A stretch of 63,262 nucleotides of DNA, counting the filler, from Hyphochytrium catenoides (taxonomy: Eukaryota; Protista; Hyphochytriomycota), in NCBI GenBank assembly GCA_900088475.1. It is 14 parts of 14 records of this genome, joined end to end, with 100 filler letters (N's around TTAATTAATTAA, not from the genome) between each part and the next. Parts side by side here need not be neighbours in the genome. Positions count along the whole stretch, not along the records: positions 62,066 to 63,262 come from FLMG01004323.1; 13 more parts are not named here. One strand, written 5' to 3'. A model generated the notes under the pieces. It was not told the origin of the DNA, ran no database searches, and was given only the letters and a program-made list of their open reading frames with translations. Shown here piece by piece: positions 62,772 to 63,262 of the stretch (position 1 is the first letter of the stretch; every line of letters starts with the position of its first letter). The position numbers were made by a program, and so were the translations under genes.

Positions 62772-63262
62772 TTGCTTCTGTCGATTGCCAAGAGCGACTA
62801 GACGGGCCTTGTACTTGTCCACTGAGCCATCGCTATGCAACTTGACCCTAAAGGTCCATTGAGAGCCGATAAGATGAGCGCCGGGAGGTGGGGAGGGCAC
62901 TAGATCGTAAACCTCATGGGACTGCATTGATGTAAGCTCTGAGGTAATGGCGGCTAGCCATTCTGTGGCATGAGGTCCAGAGAGTGCCTCGCGGACTGTT
63001 TTCGGTTCAGAGACATGCAGAAGATTAGCCTGGCCTACTGGGAAAGAGAGAGAGTCTTCTTGTAGCAGTCTATCACGACTACGGGTGATAGAACCGAGTG
63101 GAGAAGTGATTGTGGTTGGAGAGGAGGAAGAAGAAGCTGCGGGATGATCCTCGTTTTCGTCAAGCTCGCTCGTCTCCGTCCCATCACCAACGTTGCTCTC
63201 TGGCTCCGGCCCCAGACAGTCATTGGTGGGTTCCTCTGGACTTGCTTCGTCAGCAGAAGGTT
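62772..63262 (-). mobile_element. Ty1/copia pol fragment (integrase-RT linker and RT N-terminus), interrupted at 62772
   Basis: EPKTVREALSGPHATEWLAAITSELTSMQSHEVYDLV...IGSQWTFRVK...GSVDKYKARLVALG.RQ is the diagnostic start of the copia RT (RVT_2). Confidence 0.92.

Overview
Eukaryotic nuclear DNA. It is not one locus: 14 separate contigs are concatenated by an artificial N-TTAATTAATTAA-N linker, so adjacency across linkers is meaningless. Spliceosomal GT-AG introns, (GA/CT)n microsatellites and a TTAGGG telomere are present. PEN-2, a BRCA1/BARD1-like RING and FAIM-like genes suggest a non-fungal protist, possibly amoebozoan (inference). Genes recognised by manually splicing exons: a FAIM-domain protein, PIG-M (3' part), GCAT/kbl, MED20, an importin-13/transportin-3-like karyopherin, PEN-2, tRNA-Ser(GCT), a WRKY19-type zinc-finger exon, a Jupiter/HN1/SPIRAL1-motif protein, Bax inhibitor-1, SURF2, a BRCA1/BARD1-like RING protein, and an intronless GT71 mannosyltransferase with five Cys-rich repeats and a possible second glycosyltransferase domain. 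Mobile DNA: a decayed Helitron2/Helentron-type RepHel next to a telomere, LTRs (one solo LTR with a 5-bp TSD), nested copia elements, and CRE-like and hAT relics. The most unusual structure is the chromosome-end contig (47937-53725): telomere, telomere-derived satellite, an inverted telomere tract, then a Helitron with a double-hairpin end. I cannot show a new biological system from sequence alone; the findings are leads to test.
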